DNA of 64,000 nt from Faecousia sp. (GCA_045659205.1 JAZOWK010000010.1:30405-94404); one strand, 5' to 3'. Shown: positions 10,845-22,054, counted from the first letter of the stretch. Program-made: numbers and translations. Notes: a model not told the origin generated them from the sequence alone.

Positions 10845-12710
10845 TTATCGTTTAAAATTCTTTTCCAGCTGCTTTTTGGATAGGCTGATGCAGATGGGTC
10901 TGCCGTGGGGGCAGTACTTAAGATCTTCCCGGCTCATTACCGTGTCCACCAGCACCTGCAGTTCCCGGCTGTCGGTTTTCCAGCCTGCCTTGATGGCTGC
11001 CTTGCAGGCAACGGTGTGGAGGATCTCGTCACGGACCGTGGTGGCCTTTTCCCGACGGCCGCTGATCAGATCTGCTGCCATCGTTTCCAAGGTGTCAGCG
11101 GTTTGCTCGGGGGCAAGATCCATAGGAATCTGCCGGGCAAGCACCGTATTTGTGCCAAATTCTTCAATTTCAAAACCCAGCTGGGTCAGCATCGCAGTGT
11201 TGTCCAGCAAAACTGCTGCCTGATCAGCGTGGAGCTTTACCTGAATGGGCGTCAGCAGCGCCTGGGCGCTGATGGTTTCCTGATTTGCTTTGAGTTTCTC
11301 GAATAAGATGCGCTCGTGGGCGGCGTGCTTGTCGATAATATAGCCTTCCTCGCCCTGTTCCACAAGAATATAGGTGTTATAAAGCTCGCCAACCAAACGC
11401 CAGGGCTTAACTTCCGGCATAGGCATTACTTCCTGTTCCGGCTCGGCTACGATGGGCTGCGGGGCAGGGGGGATCTCCGGCTTTACAGGCAGGGGATCGA
11501 TCTTCGGCAGAACCACTTCCTGACGGACCGCATTGGCAGTTTTGATGGCAGCGGTTTGCTCCGGCTGGGGCGCGGTGGCTACTGCGCCTAAGAATGCCTT
11601 GTATTCCTTGGCATCCATAGTCCGGAAAAAGCTATCCTGCTTTGGCGCTTTGTAAGTGGCAGGCTGCGGCGGGATTACCGGCGCTTGGGGCGCAGGCGGT
11701 TTTAGCTGTACCTGCGGACGGTCCTGGGTACTGTTCAGGCCGCCCAGCACACCATAGTGGACGCAATCGAATACGGCCTTTTCATTTAAGAACTTAACTT
11801 CTGTTTTGGCAGGATGTACATTCACATCCACAGCATTTACGGGAATGTTCAGGTGCAGCACGCAGGCGGGGAATTTGCCTTGCATAATCTGGTTGCGATA
11901 GGCTTCTTCCAAGGCTGCCATCAGCAGACGGGATTTGACAGGGCGACCGTTTACAAAAAAGGTCTGCATACTGCGGCTGGGACGGGCATCGGTGCTCTTG
12001 CACACAAAGCCGGTGAGCTGATAGCCTTCCCAGGCGGAATTGACGGTAACCATACGGCCGAATTCCTTGCCATAGACCGCATATACCGCATCCTGCAGCT
12101 TTCCCGTGCCGGGGGTGGATAAAAGCTCCTTACCGTCTTTGATATAACGGAAAGCCACCTCCGGGTGGGCCAAAGCCTGCTGCTGAATGGCGGCAGTTAC
12201 TCTTGCACCTTCTACGGAGTCGGATTTCATAAATTTCATTCTGGCGGGGGTGTTGTAGAAAAGATCCCGGATGATAATGGTAGTACCCTCCGGGCAGCCG
12301 GCTTCGCCTTCGTCGGTGATTACACCTGCTTCTAAGGTCAGGGAAGTGCCGGCAACTGCGCCTGTGAGCTTTGTCAGAAGGTCGATACGGCTGACAGAGG
12401 CAATGGCGGCCAATGCTTCGCCACGGAAACCCATGGTGGAGATAGCAGCCAGATCTTCCGCAGTTCTTAACTTGGATGTTGCGTGGCGCAGAAATGCGGT
12501 GCGGGCATCCTCCAGGGACATACCGCAGCCGTTATCGGTTACCCGTAAAAAGGTCATACCGCCATCCCGGATCTCAACGGTTACCTGGGTAGCGCCTGCA
12601 TCCACCGCGTTTTCCAAAAGCTCTTTGGCAACGCTGGCAGGACGCTCCACCACTTCACCGGCTGCGATCAGGTTGGCAACGTGCTGGCTCAGCTGTATGA
12701 TCTTGGGCAT
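10845..12710 (-). CDS. mutL: DNA mismatch repair endonuclease MutL
   Basis: IAAGEVVERP, GFRGEAL, DKHAAHER, CPHGRP. Confidence 0.96.
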   Translation of the reverse strand: MPKIIQLSQHVANLIAAGEVVERPASVAKELLENAVDAGATQVTVEIRDGGMTFLRVTDNGCGMSLEDARTAFLRHATSKLRTAEDLAAISTMGFRGEALAAIASVSRIDLLTKLTGAVAGTSLTLEAGVITDEGEAGCPEGTTIIIRDLFYNTPARMKFMKSDSVEGARVTAAIQQQALAHPEVAFRYIKDGKELLSTPGTGKLQDAVYAVYGKEFGRMVTVNSAWEGYQLTGFVCKSTDARPSRSMQTFFVNGRPVKSRLLMAALEEAYRNQIMQGKFPACVLHLNIPVNAVDVNVHPAKTEVKFLNEKAVFDCVHYGVLGGLNSTQDRPQVQLKPPAPQAPVIPPQPATYKAPKQDSFFRTMDAKEYKAFLGAVATAPQPEQTAAIKTANAVRQEVVLPKIDPLPVKPEIPPAPQPIVAEPEQEVMPMPEVKPWRLVGELYNTYILVEQGEEGYIIDKHAAHERILFEKLKANQETISAQALLTPIQVKLHADQAAVLLDNTAMLTQLGFEIEEFGTNTVLARQIPMDLAPEQTADTLETMAADLISGRREKATTVRDEILHTVACKAAIKAGWKTDSRELQVLVDTVMSREDLKYCPHGRPICISLSKKQLEKNFKR

Positions 12711-12714
12711 AAAA

Positions 12715-13404
12715 TCACCTCATATTCATGACACCGATCAGATTCAGGGTCATATGGATCAGAATGGGAACAAAAATGCTGTCACTTTTGGCATAGGAAA
12801 AACAGAGGATCAGTGCAGCGGGGATATACTGGATAAAGCAGATGAGCAGCGTAATGCTGTCATAACGGCCTATGTAGCCTACCACATGAATGGCGCTGAA
12901 TAATAGCACAGATGCCACATATCCCAGCACCGGATTTTTCCGGTAAAGCACCCGGAAGACAAGACCGCGGTGTAAAAGCTCCTCTGCTACAGGGGCAAGG
13001 ATCACAGTGCCGATGGCCATCAGGAAAAAGCGGTCGGCAAAAATGGTATCGATCGCCTGATCATTTACGTTGGAAAAGTTGGGAAATACGCTGATGATCA
13101 GGGAAGAAACCAGGGAATTTACGATAAGATATGCAAAAAAGCTGATGACTGCCGTTAGCAGGCAGGGCAGGGGTTTCAGGAAGAACCGCTGGGCGTGCTG
13201 CCACAGGAACTTGCCGAAAAGCAGCGTGGTAACGATAAAATTGATACAGAAGATCAAAAAGTTCGCGCCTGCTGCATCCATTTTGTGGGGCAAAAATCCA
13301 TTTAGAAATGCAACGACATAGGGTAGAAACAATAGCTGGAAAATAAGATAGCCCCAACCGATGGTTTCTACCTTACGGGTGGTTTGAATGTTCAGCTTAT
13401 TCAT
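12715..13404 (-). CDS. CPBP (CAAX/Abi) family intramembrane metalloprotease
   Basis: Multiple hydrophobic segments; EELLHRG, FSAIH, HMTLN motifs. Confidence 0.85.
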   Translation of the reverse strand: MNKLNIQTTRKVETIGWGYLIFQLLFLPYVVAFLNGFLPHKMDAAGANFLIFCINFIVTTLLFGKFLWQHAQRFFLKPLPCLLTAVISFFAYLIVNSLVSSLIISVFPNFSNVNDQAIDTIFADRFFLMAIGTVILAPVAEELLHRGLVFRVLYRKNPVLGYVASVLLFSAIHVVGYIGRYDSITLLICFIQYIPAALILCFSYAKSDSIFVPILIHMTLNLIGVMNMR

Positions 13405-13405
13405 A

Positions 13406-16012
13406 TCAGTTCAGTAATTTCTTCAGCTTATACAGCTCATTCATAGCTTCAATGGGGGTAAGTGTCTCCACATTGATAGCTTCCAATGCCTGCCGTACCT
13501 GTTGGGCGCCCAGATCCAGCATAGACATCTGGTCATCCGGGTCTTCTTCCTTGACGCGGCGCACAGGCGCGCCTTCCTGGGTCTCCAGTTCGTTTAAGAT
13601 CTGACGGGCGCGGGTCACTACCTGGGAAGGCAGGCCGGCCAGCTTGGCAACTTCTACACCGTAGCTGTCATCGGTAGCGCCGGGGACGATCTTACGCAGG
13701 AAGATCATCTTGTCGCCACGCTTTTTCACGGCGATGTTGTAGTTGCGTACATTGGGCAGCTCATCTTCGATAGCGGAAAGCTCGTGATAATGGGTGGCAA
13801 ACAGGGTTTTTGCGCCCAAAAGCCGGGGATTTGCGGCATATTCCAGCACCGCCCGGGCGATAGCCATACCGTCATAAGTAGAAGTACCTCTGCCGATTTC
13901 GTCTAATATCAGCAGGCTCTTGGAGGTGGCATATTTCAAAATGGAGGCCACTTCCGCCATTTCCACCATAAAGGTGGACTTGCCGGATGCCAGGTCATCG
14001 CTGGCGCCGATACGGGTGAACACTCTGTCCACAATGCCGATGCGGGCAGAGCGGGCGGGAACGAAAGAGCCCATCTGCGCCATCAAAACGATCAGCGCTA
14101 CCTGGCGCATATAGGTGGATTTACCGGCCATATTCGGGCCTGTGATAATGGATACCTGATTATCCCGGCTGCCGAGGCTTGTGTCGTTGGGAACAAACAG
14201 GGAATCGGTGAGCATCTGCTCTACTACCGGGTGGCGTCCGTCGATAATGGAAAGATCGCTGTCTAAAGTGATCTCCGGACGGCAGTAACCCTTTTGTACG
14301 GCAACTGTTGCCAAAGAGCAGAGAGCATCGGCAGCTGCAACCGCTGCGGCAGACAGCTGCACCCGGCTTGCCTGCTGTGCAAGGTATTCCCGCAGCGCAG
14401 TAAAGATCTGGTATTCCAGGGCAACCAGACGATCCTTTGCGCCCAGCACCTGATCTTCCAGTTCTTTCAGCTCCTGGGTGATATAGCGCTCGCAGTTGGC
14501 AAGAGTCTGCTTGCGGATATAGTGGCTGGGTACTTGATCCATAAAGGACTTGGATACTTCGATGTAATAGCCAAAGACCCGGTTATAGCTGACCTTCAGG
14601 GTGCGAATACCGGTCTTTTCCCGTTCCTGGGCTTCGATGGTCAGGATGGTTTCTGCGCCGCCTTGCATCAGGCTGCGGAGTAAATCTGCCTGCTGGTCAG
14701 CACCGGGACGGATGATACCGCCTTCCCGGATGGTCAGGGGAGGCTCATCTACGATGGTATCTTCAATGCGATTGGCGCAATCTTCCAAAGGATCGATGGA
14801 TGCTGCCAATTTTTGCAGCATAGGACTTTCCGCAGTAAGCAGTACCTGCTTGACCTGGGGCAGGGCACGCAGACCGCGGGCAAGACCTAAAAGGTCACGA
14901 CAGTTGACAGTACCGGTAACGATGCGGGTCATAACCCGCTCCAAGTCAGAAACATCTTTTAAAGCTTCTGTCAGGTCGCTGCGGGTCATAGTTTCATCCA
15001 CAAGCTCCTGCACGGCGCTTTGCCGTCTGCCGATCTCGGTGGGGTCAAGCAAGGGTTTTTCCAGCCAGCTGCGCAGGAGTCTTCCACCCATAGCGGTATG
15101 AGTTTTGTCCAGCACCCAAAGAAGCGTGCCTTTCTTTTCTTTGCTGCGAAGGGTCTCTGTCAGCTCTAAATTGCGACGGGCATCCAAATCCAGCTCCATA
15201 AACCGACCGCTGGTGTAAAACTGCAGCTGACGGATGTGGGCAAGGTCGTTCTTCTGTAAGGTGAGCAGGGTTTGCAACAGCGCGCCGGATGCCATAACAG
15301 CCGGGTCCATACTGGCAAGGCCCATTTCGGTAATATCCTGATTAAAATGCTGCTGCAAAAGTTGCTCGCAGTTTGCCAACTGGAATTGGGAAGGCGCGGT
15401 TTCGTCCACGCAGCACTTAAGCCGCTGGAACAGGGCTTCTTCCAAAATGGGATCGTTTACATTTTCACCGCCACGCATAACTTCTGTAGGCGCAAAGCGG
15501 CCCAATTCAGAGGCGGCAGCTGCCGCGTCGATGCAAACGGTTGCGAAGAATGCACCGGTGGAAAGATCGCAGAATGCAAGACCGTAGCGGGAATCCATTC
15601 CGTAGATGCAGGCAAAATAGTTGTTTCTGCCCTCATCCAGCATACAGCTTTCCGTAACCGTGCCGAGGGTGATGATCCGGGTAATATCCCGCTGGACGAT
15701 GCCCTTTGCCTGACTGGGGTCTTCCAGCTGCTCGCAGATGGCTACCTTGTAGCCCTTGGAAACAAGACGGGCGATGTAGGAATCTACACTGTGGAAGGGA
15801 ACACCGCACATGGGATTTTGCTCTTCCTTGGGCTTGTTTCTATCCCGTGTGGTCAGAGTAAGATCCAGCTCCCGGGCAGCGAGAACAGCGTCATCGTCAA
15901 ACATTTCATAGAAATCGCCCAGCCGGAAAAACAGGATGCAGCCGGGATTTCGTTCTTTTATTTCGTAATATTGGCGGCGCATAGGGGTCATTTCATTTGC
16001 AGGCGTTGCCAT
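13406..16012 (-). CDS. mutS: DNA mismatch repair protein MutS
   Basis: TPMRRQY, GDFYE, TGPNMAGKSTYMRQ, DEIGRGTST, ATHYHEL. Confidence 0.97.
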   Translation of the reverse strand: MATPANEMTPMRRQYYEIKERNPGCILFFRLGDFYEMFDDDAVLAARELDLTLTTRDRNKPKEEQNPMCGVPFHSVDSYIARLVSKGYKVAICEQLEDPSQAKGIVQRDITRIITLGTVTESCMLDEGRNNYFACIYGMDSRYGLAFCDLSTGAFFATVCIDAAAAASELGRFAPTEVMRGGENVNDPILEEALFQRLKCCVDETAPSQFQLANCEQLLQQHFNQDITEMGLASMDPAVMASGALLQTLLTLQKNDLAHIRQLQFYTSGRFMELDLDARRNLELTETLRSKEKKGTLLWVLDKTHTAMGGRLLRSWLEKPLLDPTEIGRRQSAVQELVDETMTRSDLTEALKDVSDLERVMTRIVTGTVNCRDLLGLARGLRALPQVKQVLLTAESPMLQKLAASIDPLEDCANRIEDTIVDEPPLTIREGGIIRPGADQQADLLRSLMQGGAETILTIEAQEREKTGIRTLKVSYNRVFGYYIEVSKSFMDQVPSHYIRKQTLANCERYITQELKELEDQVLGAKDRLVALEYQIFTALREYLAQQASRVQLSAAAVAAADALCSLATVAVQKGYCRPEITLDSDLSIIDGRHPVVEQMLTDSLFVPNDTSLGSRDNQVSIITGPNMAGKSTYMRQVALIVLMAQMGSFVPARSARIGIVDRVFTRIGASDDLASGKSTFMVEMAEVASILKYATSKSLLILDEIGRGTSTYDGMAIARAVLEYAANPRLLGAKTLFATHYHELSAIEDELPNVRNYNIAVKKRGDKMIFLRKIVPGATDDSYGVEVAKLAGLPSQVVTRARQILNELETQEGAPVRRVKEEDPDDQMSMLDLGAQQVRQALEAINVETLTPIEAMNELYKLKKLLN

Positions 16013-16016
16013 AGTA

Positions 16017-17420
16017 TCATTCCTTTTCTCCGGTAAGGCTCCAAGTGGTAGCACCGGTAATGGTAATATGAGTAAATTGGCCGATCAGGGCGGGGTCACC
16101 TTTAAAACGCACCAGCCGTCCGCCTTCGGTGCGGGCGGTGAGCAAATCACCGTCTTTGCCATCTACCAGACAGCGCATCGTTTTGCCCACATAGCCTTCG
16201 TGGATCTTTTCAGAAATACTGTTTTGTGTAGCGCAAAGTTTATCAAAACGGCGGTTCTTTTCTTCCTTGGGGGTGGGATCTTCCATAGATGCGGCAGGTG
16301 TGCCTGTTCTGGGGGAGAAGATGAAGGTAAACAGACTGTCGTAATGCACCTGCTCGATGAGGCTCAATGTTTCTTCAAATTCTTCTTCAGTTTCACCGGG
16401 GAAGCCAACGATCACATCGGAGGTGAGTACCAGCTCCGGCATCTTTTCTTTGGCATATCCCACCAGCTCCAGATAGGACTGCCGGTCATAATGCCGGTTC
16501 ATAGCCTTCAAGACCCGGGAAGAGCCGGACTGGAAGGGAAGGTGCAGCTGCTTTGCGATCTTGGGGGTAGCAGCCATAGTGTCGAAAAGCTTTTTAGAAG
16601 CATCCCGGGGGTGGCTGGTCATAAACCGGATGAGAAAATCACCGGGGATCTGAGCGATCATAGCAAGCAGATCAGAAAAATCTACACCGCAATTAAGATC
16701 TTTGCCATAGGAATTTACATTCTGACCCAACAGGGTGATCTCCCGTGCGCCGTTTGCAATGACTTCCCGGCACTCTGCCAGAATATCCTCTGGTTTTCTG
16801 CTCCGCTCCCGTCCGCGGACATAGGGGACGATGCAGTAGGTACAGAAGTTGTTACAGCCGTACATAATGGATACCCAGGCTTTCAGGGTGTTATCCCGCT
16901 GCTGGGGCAGACCCTCAGCAATAGAGCCGGGCTCGTCCTGAGTGTAAAATATCCGTTTTTTCTCGGTGAGCACCCGGTATAATATCTCCGGGAACTGCCA
17001 CAGATGATGGGTGGAAAATACACCGTCCACGTGGGGGTAGCTTTTGCGGATGCGTTCGGTAACCTTTTCTTCACCGGCCATACAGCCGCAAAGGAAGATC
17101 TTTTGCCCCGGATGGCGACGCTTGGTATGGGTAAGAGCGCCCAGATTGCCAAAGACCCGCTGTTCAGCGTGTTCCCGAATCGCGCAGGTATTCATTACGA
17201 TCACATCTGCGCCCTCAGGACCATTAACGATAGTATAGCCGCTTTCAATGAGGATGCCACGGATGCGCTCGGAATCTGCCTCATTTTGCTGGCAGCCGTA
17301 GGTCTCCACATAGGCGCAGGGAACGCTTCCGTTTTCCCGCCAGTAAGCTGCAATTTGGCTGCAATAGATGAGCTGCTTATCTAACTGTTCCTGGCTGATG
17401 ACGGTGGTCTTGGTATTCAT
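16017..17420 (-). CDS. miaB: tRNA-2-methylthio-N6-dimethylallyladenosine synthase
   Basis: TYGCQQN, NTCAIRE, CNNFCTYCIVPYVRGRE radical SAM motif, C-terminal TRAM-like region. Confidence 0.93.
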   Translation of the reverse strand: MNTKTTVISQEQLDKQLIYCSQIAAYWRENGSVPCAYVETYGCQQNEADSERIRGILIESGYTIVNGPEGADVIVMNTCAIREHAEQRVFGNLGALTHTKRRHPGQKIFLCGCMAGEEKVTERIRKSYPHVDGVFSTHHLWQFPEILYRVLTEKKRIFYTQDEPGSIAEGLPQQRDNTLKAWVSIMYGCNNFCTYCIVPYVRGRERSRKPEDILAECREVIANGAREITLLGQNVNSYGKDLNCGVDFSDLLAMIAQIPGDFLIRFMTSHPRDASKKLFDTMAATPKIAKQLHLPFQSGSSRVLKAMNRHYDRQSYLELVGYAKEKMPELVLTSDVIVGFPGETEEEFEETLSLIEQVHYDSLFTFIFSPRTGTPAASMEDPTPKEEKNRRFDKLCATQNSISEKIHEGYVGKTMRCLVDGKDGDLLTARTEGGRLVRFKGDPALIGQFTHITITGATTWSLTGEKE

Positions 17421-17607
17421 AGGGGATGCTCCTTTTAGATACAATCTATCAACATAAAATGATACCATTTTTCCTTGCTTTTTGCAAGTGTGCTTTGCAT
17501 AAAATTGCGGTTTTGTAAACTTTTTCCCATATGCCTTGTATTTAGAATACGGTTGTGGTAAAATCCTTTGGAATGAATGCCTTTCGTGGGCGGAAATGAG
17601 GTTTTAA

Positions 17608-18870
17608 ATGGAGCGGGATAAATTTACTGAGGAAGAAAAACTCAGAAAAGAGAATCGTTTTATGCGGATCGCGCTGATCAGCCTTGCAGGTGTCCTTTTG
17701 GTGGCGCTGGCTGTGGTATTGTTCTTCGTTGTGTACAACGGTGTAAAGCCTGCGGAAAGCACGCCAACGGAGCCGTCCGCACCGGCTGTCCAATATTCAG
17801 AGTACACAGCTTCTAAGGAAGAAGCCATTGCAGCGGCAGACCAGATCGTGGGTCATATTGGGGATATCTCTCTGACCAACGCGGAGCTGCAGGCTTACTA
17901 CTATATGCAGGTTTATGATTTCGTTCAGAATACTGGCGGCTATGTTTCTTATTACGGCTTGGATCTGAGTAAGCCCCTGGGTGAGCAGGTCTATAATTCC
18001 ACCACCGGACAGACCTGGGAAGAGCTGTTTTTGGAGCAGGCGATCAACAGCTGGAATCGCTATACAGTTTTGCGGATCATGGCTGAAGAAGCCGGTTATC
18101 AGCTGTCTGCGGAGGAACAGGCCCAACTGGATGCCATACCGGAACAAATGAAGGAATTGGCAACTCAACTGGAATATGAAAGCGTTGAGAAAATGGTATC
18201 CGGTCAGATGGGCGCAAGCTGTACCTTTGAAGGTTATCTGCGCTTTATGCATACAAACATTTACTGCAACAGCTATTTTGAGCAAATGTATACAGACCTT
18301 GCTCCTACTATGGAGGAGATGGAGGCTTATTACAGCGAAAATGAGGAGACATTTGTGAATGCCGGTGCATCCAAGGAAATGGGCTCTGCAGTGGATGTGC
18401 GGCACATTTTGCTGATCCCGGAAGGCGGTACGCCTATTGAGGGAACGAATTACAAAGAATATACCGAAGATGCTTGGGAAGCCTGCCGCGTAAAGGCACA
18501 GGGAATTCTGGATGAGTATCTTGCAGGTGACCGTTCTGAGTCATCCTTCTCTGCATTGGCAGCAAAGTATTCTGTTGACGGCTCTGCATCCCAGGGTGGC
18601 CTGATCTCCAATATTACAAAGGGCAAGACCGTTCAGGCCTTTAACGATTGGATCTTTGATGAAAGCCGGGAGTATGGCGACTATGACCTGGTGCGGACGG
18701 AGTATGGCTATCACATTATGTTCTTTGTCAGCATTGAGGTGCTTTGGGCCCGCTCTGCAAAGACGACTATGATCGGCGAAAGAGCTGCTGCGCTGATCGA
18801 TGCTGCTGTGGAAAAGACGGCAACAGAAGTGAATATGGACCTGATTAAACTTTCTCCCATTGAATTTTAA
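17608..18870 (+). CDS. Membrane-anchored parvulin-type peptidylprolyl isomerase (PrsA-like)
   Basis: N-terminal TM; VRHILL, LAAKYS.D.SASQGG, TEYGYHIM. Confidence 0.85.
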   Translation: MERDKFTEEEKLRKENRFMRIALISLAGVLLVALAVVLFFVVYNGVKPAESTPTEPSAPAVQYSEYTASKEEAIAAADQIVGHIGDISLTNAELQAYYYMQVYDFVQNTGGYVSYYGLDLSKPLGEQVYNSTTGQTWEELFLEQAINSWNRYTVLRIMAEEAGYQLSAEEQAQLDAIPEQMKELATQLEYESVEKMVSGQMGASCTFEGYLRFMHTNIYCNSYFEQMYTDLAPTMEEMEAYYSENEETFVNAGASKEMGSAVDVRHILLIPEGGTPIEGTNYKEYTEDAWEACRVKAQGILDEYLAGDRSESSFSALAAKYSVDGSASQGGLISNITKGKTVQAFNDWIFDESREYGDYDLVRTEYGYHIMFFVSIEVLWARSAKTTMIGERAAALIDAAVEKTATEVNMDLIKLSPIEF

Positions 18871-18873
18871 TAA

Positions 18874-18908
18874 AAAACAAGCGGAACGCCTGGCGTTCCG
18901 CTTGTTTT
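18874..18908. terminator. Bidirectional intrinsic terminator
   Basis: AAAACAAGCGGAACGCC/GGCGTTCCGCTTGTTTT inverted repeat between convergent genes. Confidence 0.8.
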
Positions 18909-20791
18909 TACTTATTGTAGTAATCTGTGCTCAAAATCAGGTTGTTTGCCTGAATGAAGGAAAGGGCGCGGCTGCACATTTCATTCAGGTAGTCTTCCGA
19001 AAGCCCCTTGTTCTTTTCGTTGGCAAGGATCTGTATTTTACCGTTTACATCCACGGTGCAAACCACACCGTCGCTGATCCAGCTGCCGTCAGGGAAGAGG
19101 GCATAGCCTTCGTAGTTGGGATCAAAGGCATCTTGACCGAGGTAGGTGTAGGGCGATTCGATGCCCCACAGGTTCAGGATGGTGGGCAAAAGGTCGGTGG
19201 TGTTTAAGGTTTTATCTGCCTTTAAGGTTGGACCGTCTGCGCTCCAGATAAAGCAGGGCGTGCGTTCTACCAGCAAGGGCTCTGTGATGCCGGAAAATGC
19301 CAGCAGCTGCTCCTGATCAGAATAACCCATCGCATAGTGATCGGCAACGCCGATGATCACGGTGTTATCCAGCTGACCCTTTGCTTCCAGTTCTTTCAGC
19401 AGACGATTGAAGAAATCGTCCACTAACCGGATCTTTGCTCTTGCACAATCCTCCTCTTCAGAGCCGTATTTTCCTCTGTATTCCGGATACAGGGAAAGGG
19501 CATAGGCACTTTGGGGATCGTCATAATCATAAGGAAGGTGCGCCGAGCGGGTGATGACCGTGTTGAAGGTAAGTCCGTCCCGGAAGAAGAGGGAATTGAG
19601 ATTTTCGTTATCAAACAGGAAAGTCTCGCTCATAAGCAGGTCTTCATCGTCGGTAAGCTCTGCATAGCTGTTATAGCCATCATAGCCGAATGCCGGCTCT
19701 AAAAGACCTCTGCTGTAAAAATCCGATGTGTTGAAATGGAATACCTGACCATTGTAGCCCTTGGTGACGAATTGGGCGATCATAGATTGACCGAAGCCGT
19801 TTTCCAGATAATCGAAAACATAATTGCCGGTGGTAGGAAGGTAAATACCGGAATTCAGGCAAAATTCAGAATTTAAGGTCCGGACGCTGCCAAAGCCGGG
19901 GGTATAGAATTCGGTAAAGGAAATGCCGCTGTTCATAAGGCGGTAAATGGTGGGAGTGTCCTCCGGGGTGATGAGCCAGTCATCGGTAGACTCCATGATT
20001 ACAAACACCACATTTTTGCCCTGGAATATACCGGTCATTTCGTTGCTTTCGTGATTTTTCCGGTCAGAAAAATACTGCTTAATAAACGCGATATCCTGGG
20101 AGTGCTGATCTTCGGTCTCAAAGGGCGCGATGATTTGTTTGCCAATATCCCGGAAGGTCATATGATATATGCCGCAAAGGGCATATGTCTTCTTTGCATC
20201 GTACATCGTATCATAGGTGGTGCGGTAGGAGACAGAATCTGCGTAGCCGTCAGTATGGGTCTGCTCGTCTTTTTGGGGGTACAGCAGTTCCGGAAGAATA
20301 AAAATGCATAAAAGGCTAATACAAAGAAGGATCAGCAGGAAAGCGGTGGGGCGCTTGTCCTGCTTAAGCAGGGGGAATTTAACAAGCAGGAAAATTCCCC
20401 AGGCAATAAACAGCGGCAGGAAGATCCACCACAGGATGCCTAATTTCTGCAAAATATCGCCTACATAAGCAGCGCCTTCTCCTGCATAACCCAGGGTAGC
20501 CAGCCACATCAGCTTGCCGAAGATCTGATAATAGCCTGTTTGCCCAACGGTCCAGGCAAAGAACAGGAAATATAAAATGCCAAAGAGGATACGGCTTGCC
20601 TTTTCCGGCAGCAGGCACAAAGCCGATGAAAGCAATAAAGACCATAAAACACCGAAAATCAGACCATAGCCTGTGCCGGGGAGAATGGTGAAAAAGGCGA
20701 ATAGTTCAATGGCAAAAAAGGAAAAGAAGAGGGCAAAAAAGCGAAGATACGGGTGCTTTTTTGCGGTTTCTATCCAGGATGGGATCTTCAC
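18908..20791 (-). CDS. LTA synthase / sulfatase family membrane protein
   Basis: N-terminal TMs; NVVFVIMES, TPTI, TLNSEF, SAHLPY, VADH. Confidence 0.8.
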   Translation of the reverse strand: MKIPSWIETAKKHPYLRFFALFFSFFAIELFAFFTILPGTGYGLIFGVLWSLLLSSALCLLPEKASRILFGILYFLFFAWTVGQTGYYQIFGKLMWLATLGYAGEGAAYVGDILQKLGILWWIFLPLFIAWGIFLLVKFPLLKQDKRPTAFLLILLCISLLCIFILPELLYPQKDEQTHTDGYADSVSYRTTYDTMYDAKKTYALCGIYHMTFRDIGKQIIAPFETEDQHSQDIAFIKQYFSDRKNHESNEMTGIFQGKNVVFVIMESTDDWLITPEDTPTIYRLMNSGISFTEFYTPGFGSVRTLNSEFCLNSGIYLPTTGNYVFDYLENGFGQSMIAQFVTKGYNGQVFHFNTSDFYSRGLLEPAFGYDGYNSYAELTDDEDLLMSETFLFDNENLNSLFFRDGLTFNTVITRSAHLPYDYDDPQSAYALSLYPEYRGKYGSEEEDCARAKIRLVDDFFNRLLKELEAKGQLDNTVIIGVADHYAMGYSDQEQLLAFSGITEPLLVERTPCFIWSADGPTLKADKTLNTTDLLPTILNLWGIESPYTYLGQDAFDPNYEGYALFPDGSWISDGVVCTVDVNGKIQILANEKNKGLSEDYLNEMCSRALSFIQANNLILSTDYYNK

Positions 20792-20924
20792 GATATACCC
20801 TCCTTTTGTAAAATGTTTTCTTATTCTACCACACTGTGTATAAAAATACAATCCCCGGCTATTTTTCTTGACAGGGGATTTGCCAGGAAGTAAAATATAA
20901 GCAAATCAATTATGGAGGTGTGTT

Positions 20925-22034
20925 ATGCTTTATAAAGAATTTCACGGAAAAATGATCTCTCGTCTGGGTCTTGGCTGTATGCGTTTTCCCACGGTAGAGG
21001 GGGATAACCTGACCATTGACCGGGAAAAGGCGCAAAAGGTGATCGATGCAGCCATCGCCGGCGGCATTAATTACTTTGACACGGCACATATTTATCAAAA
21101 AGGTGATTCTGAGCGCTTTTTGGGTGAAGCCTTGAAAAAGTATCCCCGGGATAGCTACTATTTGGCAACCAAGTGCTACGGCAGTGAAAATAGAGATGTT
21201 GCGGCTACTTTTGAAGCGCAGCTTGAACGCCTGCAGACGGACTATGTGGATTTCTATCTGCTTCATAGCTTGAACGAAGATACGATAAAGTATTATACCG
21301 ATCCTGATAAGAATTATTTAGGGTATCTTTTGGAGCAAAAGAAGGCCGGCAGGATCAGACATTTAGGCTTTTCCACCCATGCAAAAATTCCTACTCTGAA
21401 GCGGATGCTTGATTACTTTGACGGCTTTGATATGGCCTTGATGCAGCTTAACTATGTGGACTGGACAGTACAAAACGCAAAGGAGCAGTATGAGGTCCTG
21501 CAGGAACACGGCATTCCTGTGTGGGTAATGGAGCCGCTGAAGGGTGGCAATCTGGCGAGCCTGAATGAGAAGACCGAAGCGATGCTGAAAGATGCAGCTC
21601 CGGATAGAAGTATTGCATCCTGGAGTTTCCGCTGGCTTATGGGTCTGGATGGTGTGCAAACTGTCCTTTCCGGTATGAGCAATGAAGATGTTATGGCAGA
21701 TAATCTTGCTACATATGCAGACGGAAAACCTCTTAGTGATGAGGAAAGTAAAGTTTTGGAGCAAGTAAAGGAAGTTTATCTGACGAGTATGGGTGTGCCT
21801 TGCTCCGGCTGCCGTTACTGCTGTGACGGTTGCCCCGCGGAATTGGATATTCCCAAGATCATGGGTATGTATAATGAGTACGGAATTACCCACGATACCT
21901 GGCGCTTTGAAAATATGGGCGGTGATAAGAAGCCTGATGCGTGCCTGCAGTGCGGCGCTTGTGTTGACCATTGCCCCCAGAAAATCGATATTCCGGGCAT
22001 TATGTTAAAAATGCAGGAAATTATGAATAAATAG
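20925..22034 (+). CDS. Aldo/keto reductase with 4Fe-4S domain
   Basis: LGLGCMRFP, NYFDTA, LQTDYVDFYLLH, Cys clusters. Confidence 0.9.
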   Translation: MLYKEFHGKMISRLGLGCMRFPTVEGDNLTIDREKAQKVIDAAIAGGINYFDTAHIYQKGDSERFLGEALKKYPRDSYYLATKCYGSENRDVAATFEAQLERLQTDYVDFYLLHSLNEDTIKYYTDPDKNYLGYLLEQKKAGRIRHLGFSTHAKIPTLKRMLDYFDGFDMALMQLNYVDWTVQNAKEQYEVLQEHGIPVWVMEPLKGGNLASLNEKTEAMLKDAAPDRSIASWSFRWLMGLDGVQTVLSGMSNEDVMADNLATYADGKPLSDEESKVLEQVKEVYLTSMGVPCSGCRYCCDGCPAELDIPKIMGMYNEYGITHDTWRFENMGGDKKPDACLQCGACVDHCPQKIDIPGIMLKMQEIMNK

Positions 22035-22054
22035 TAGGTTTAGAGGTGTTTATT

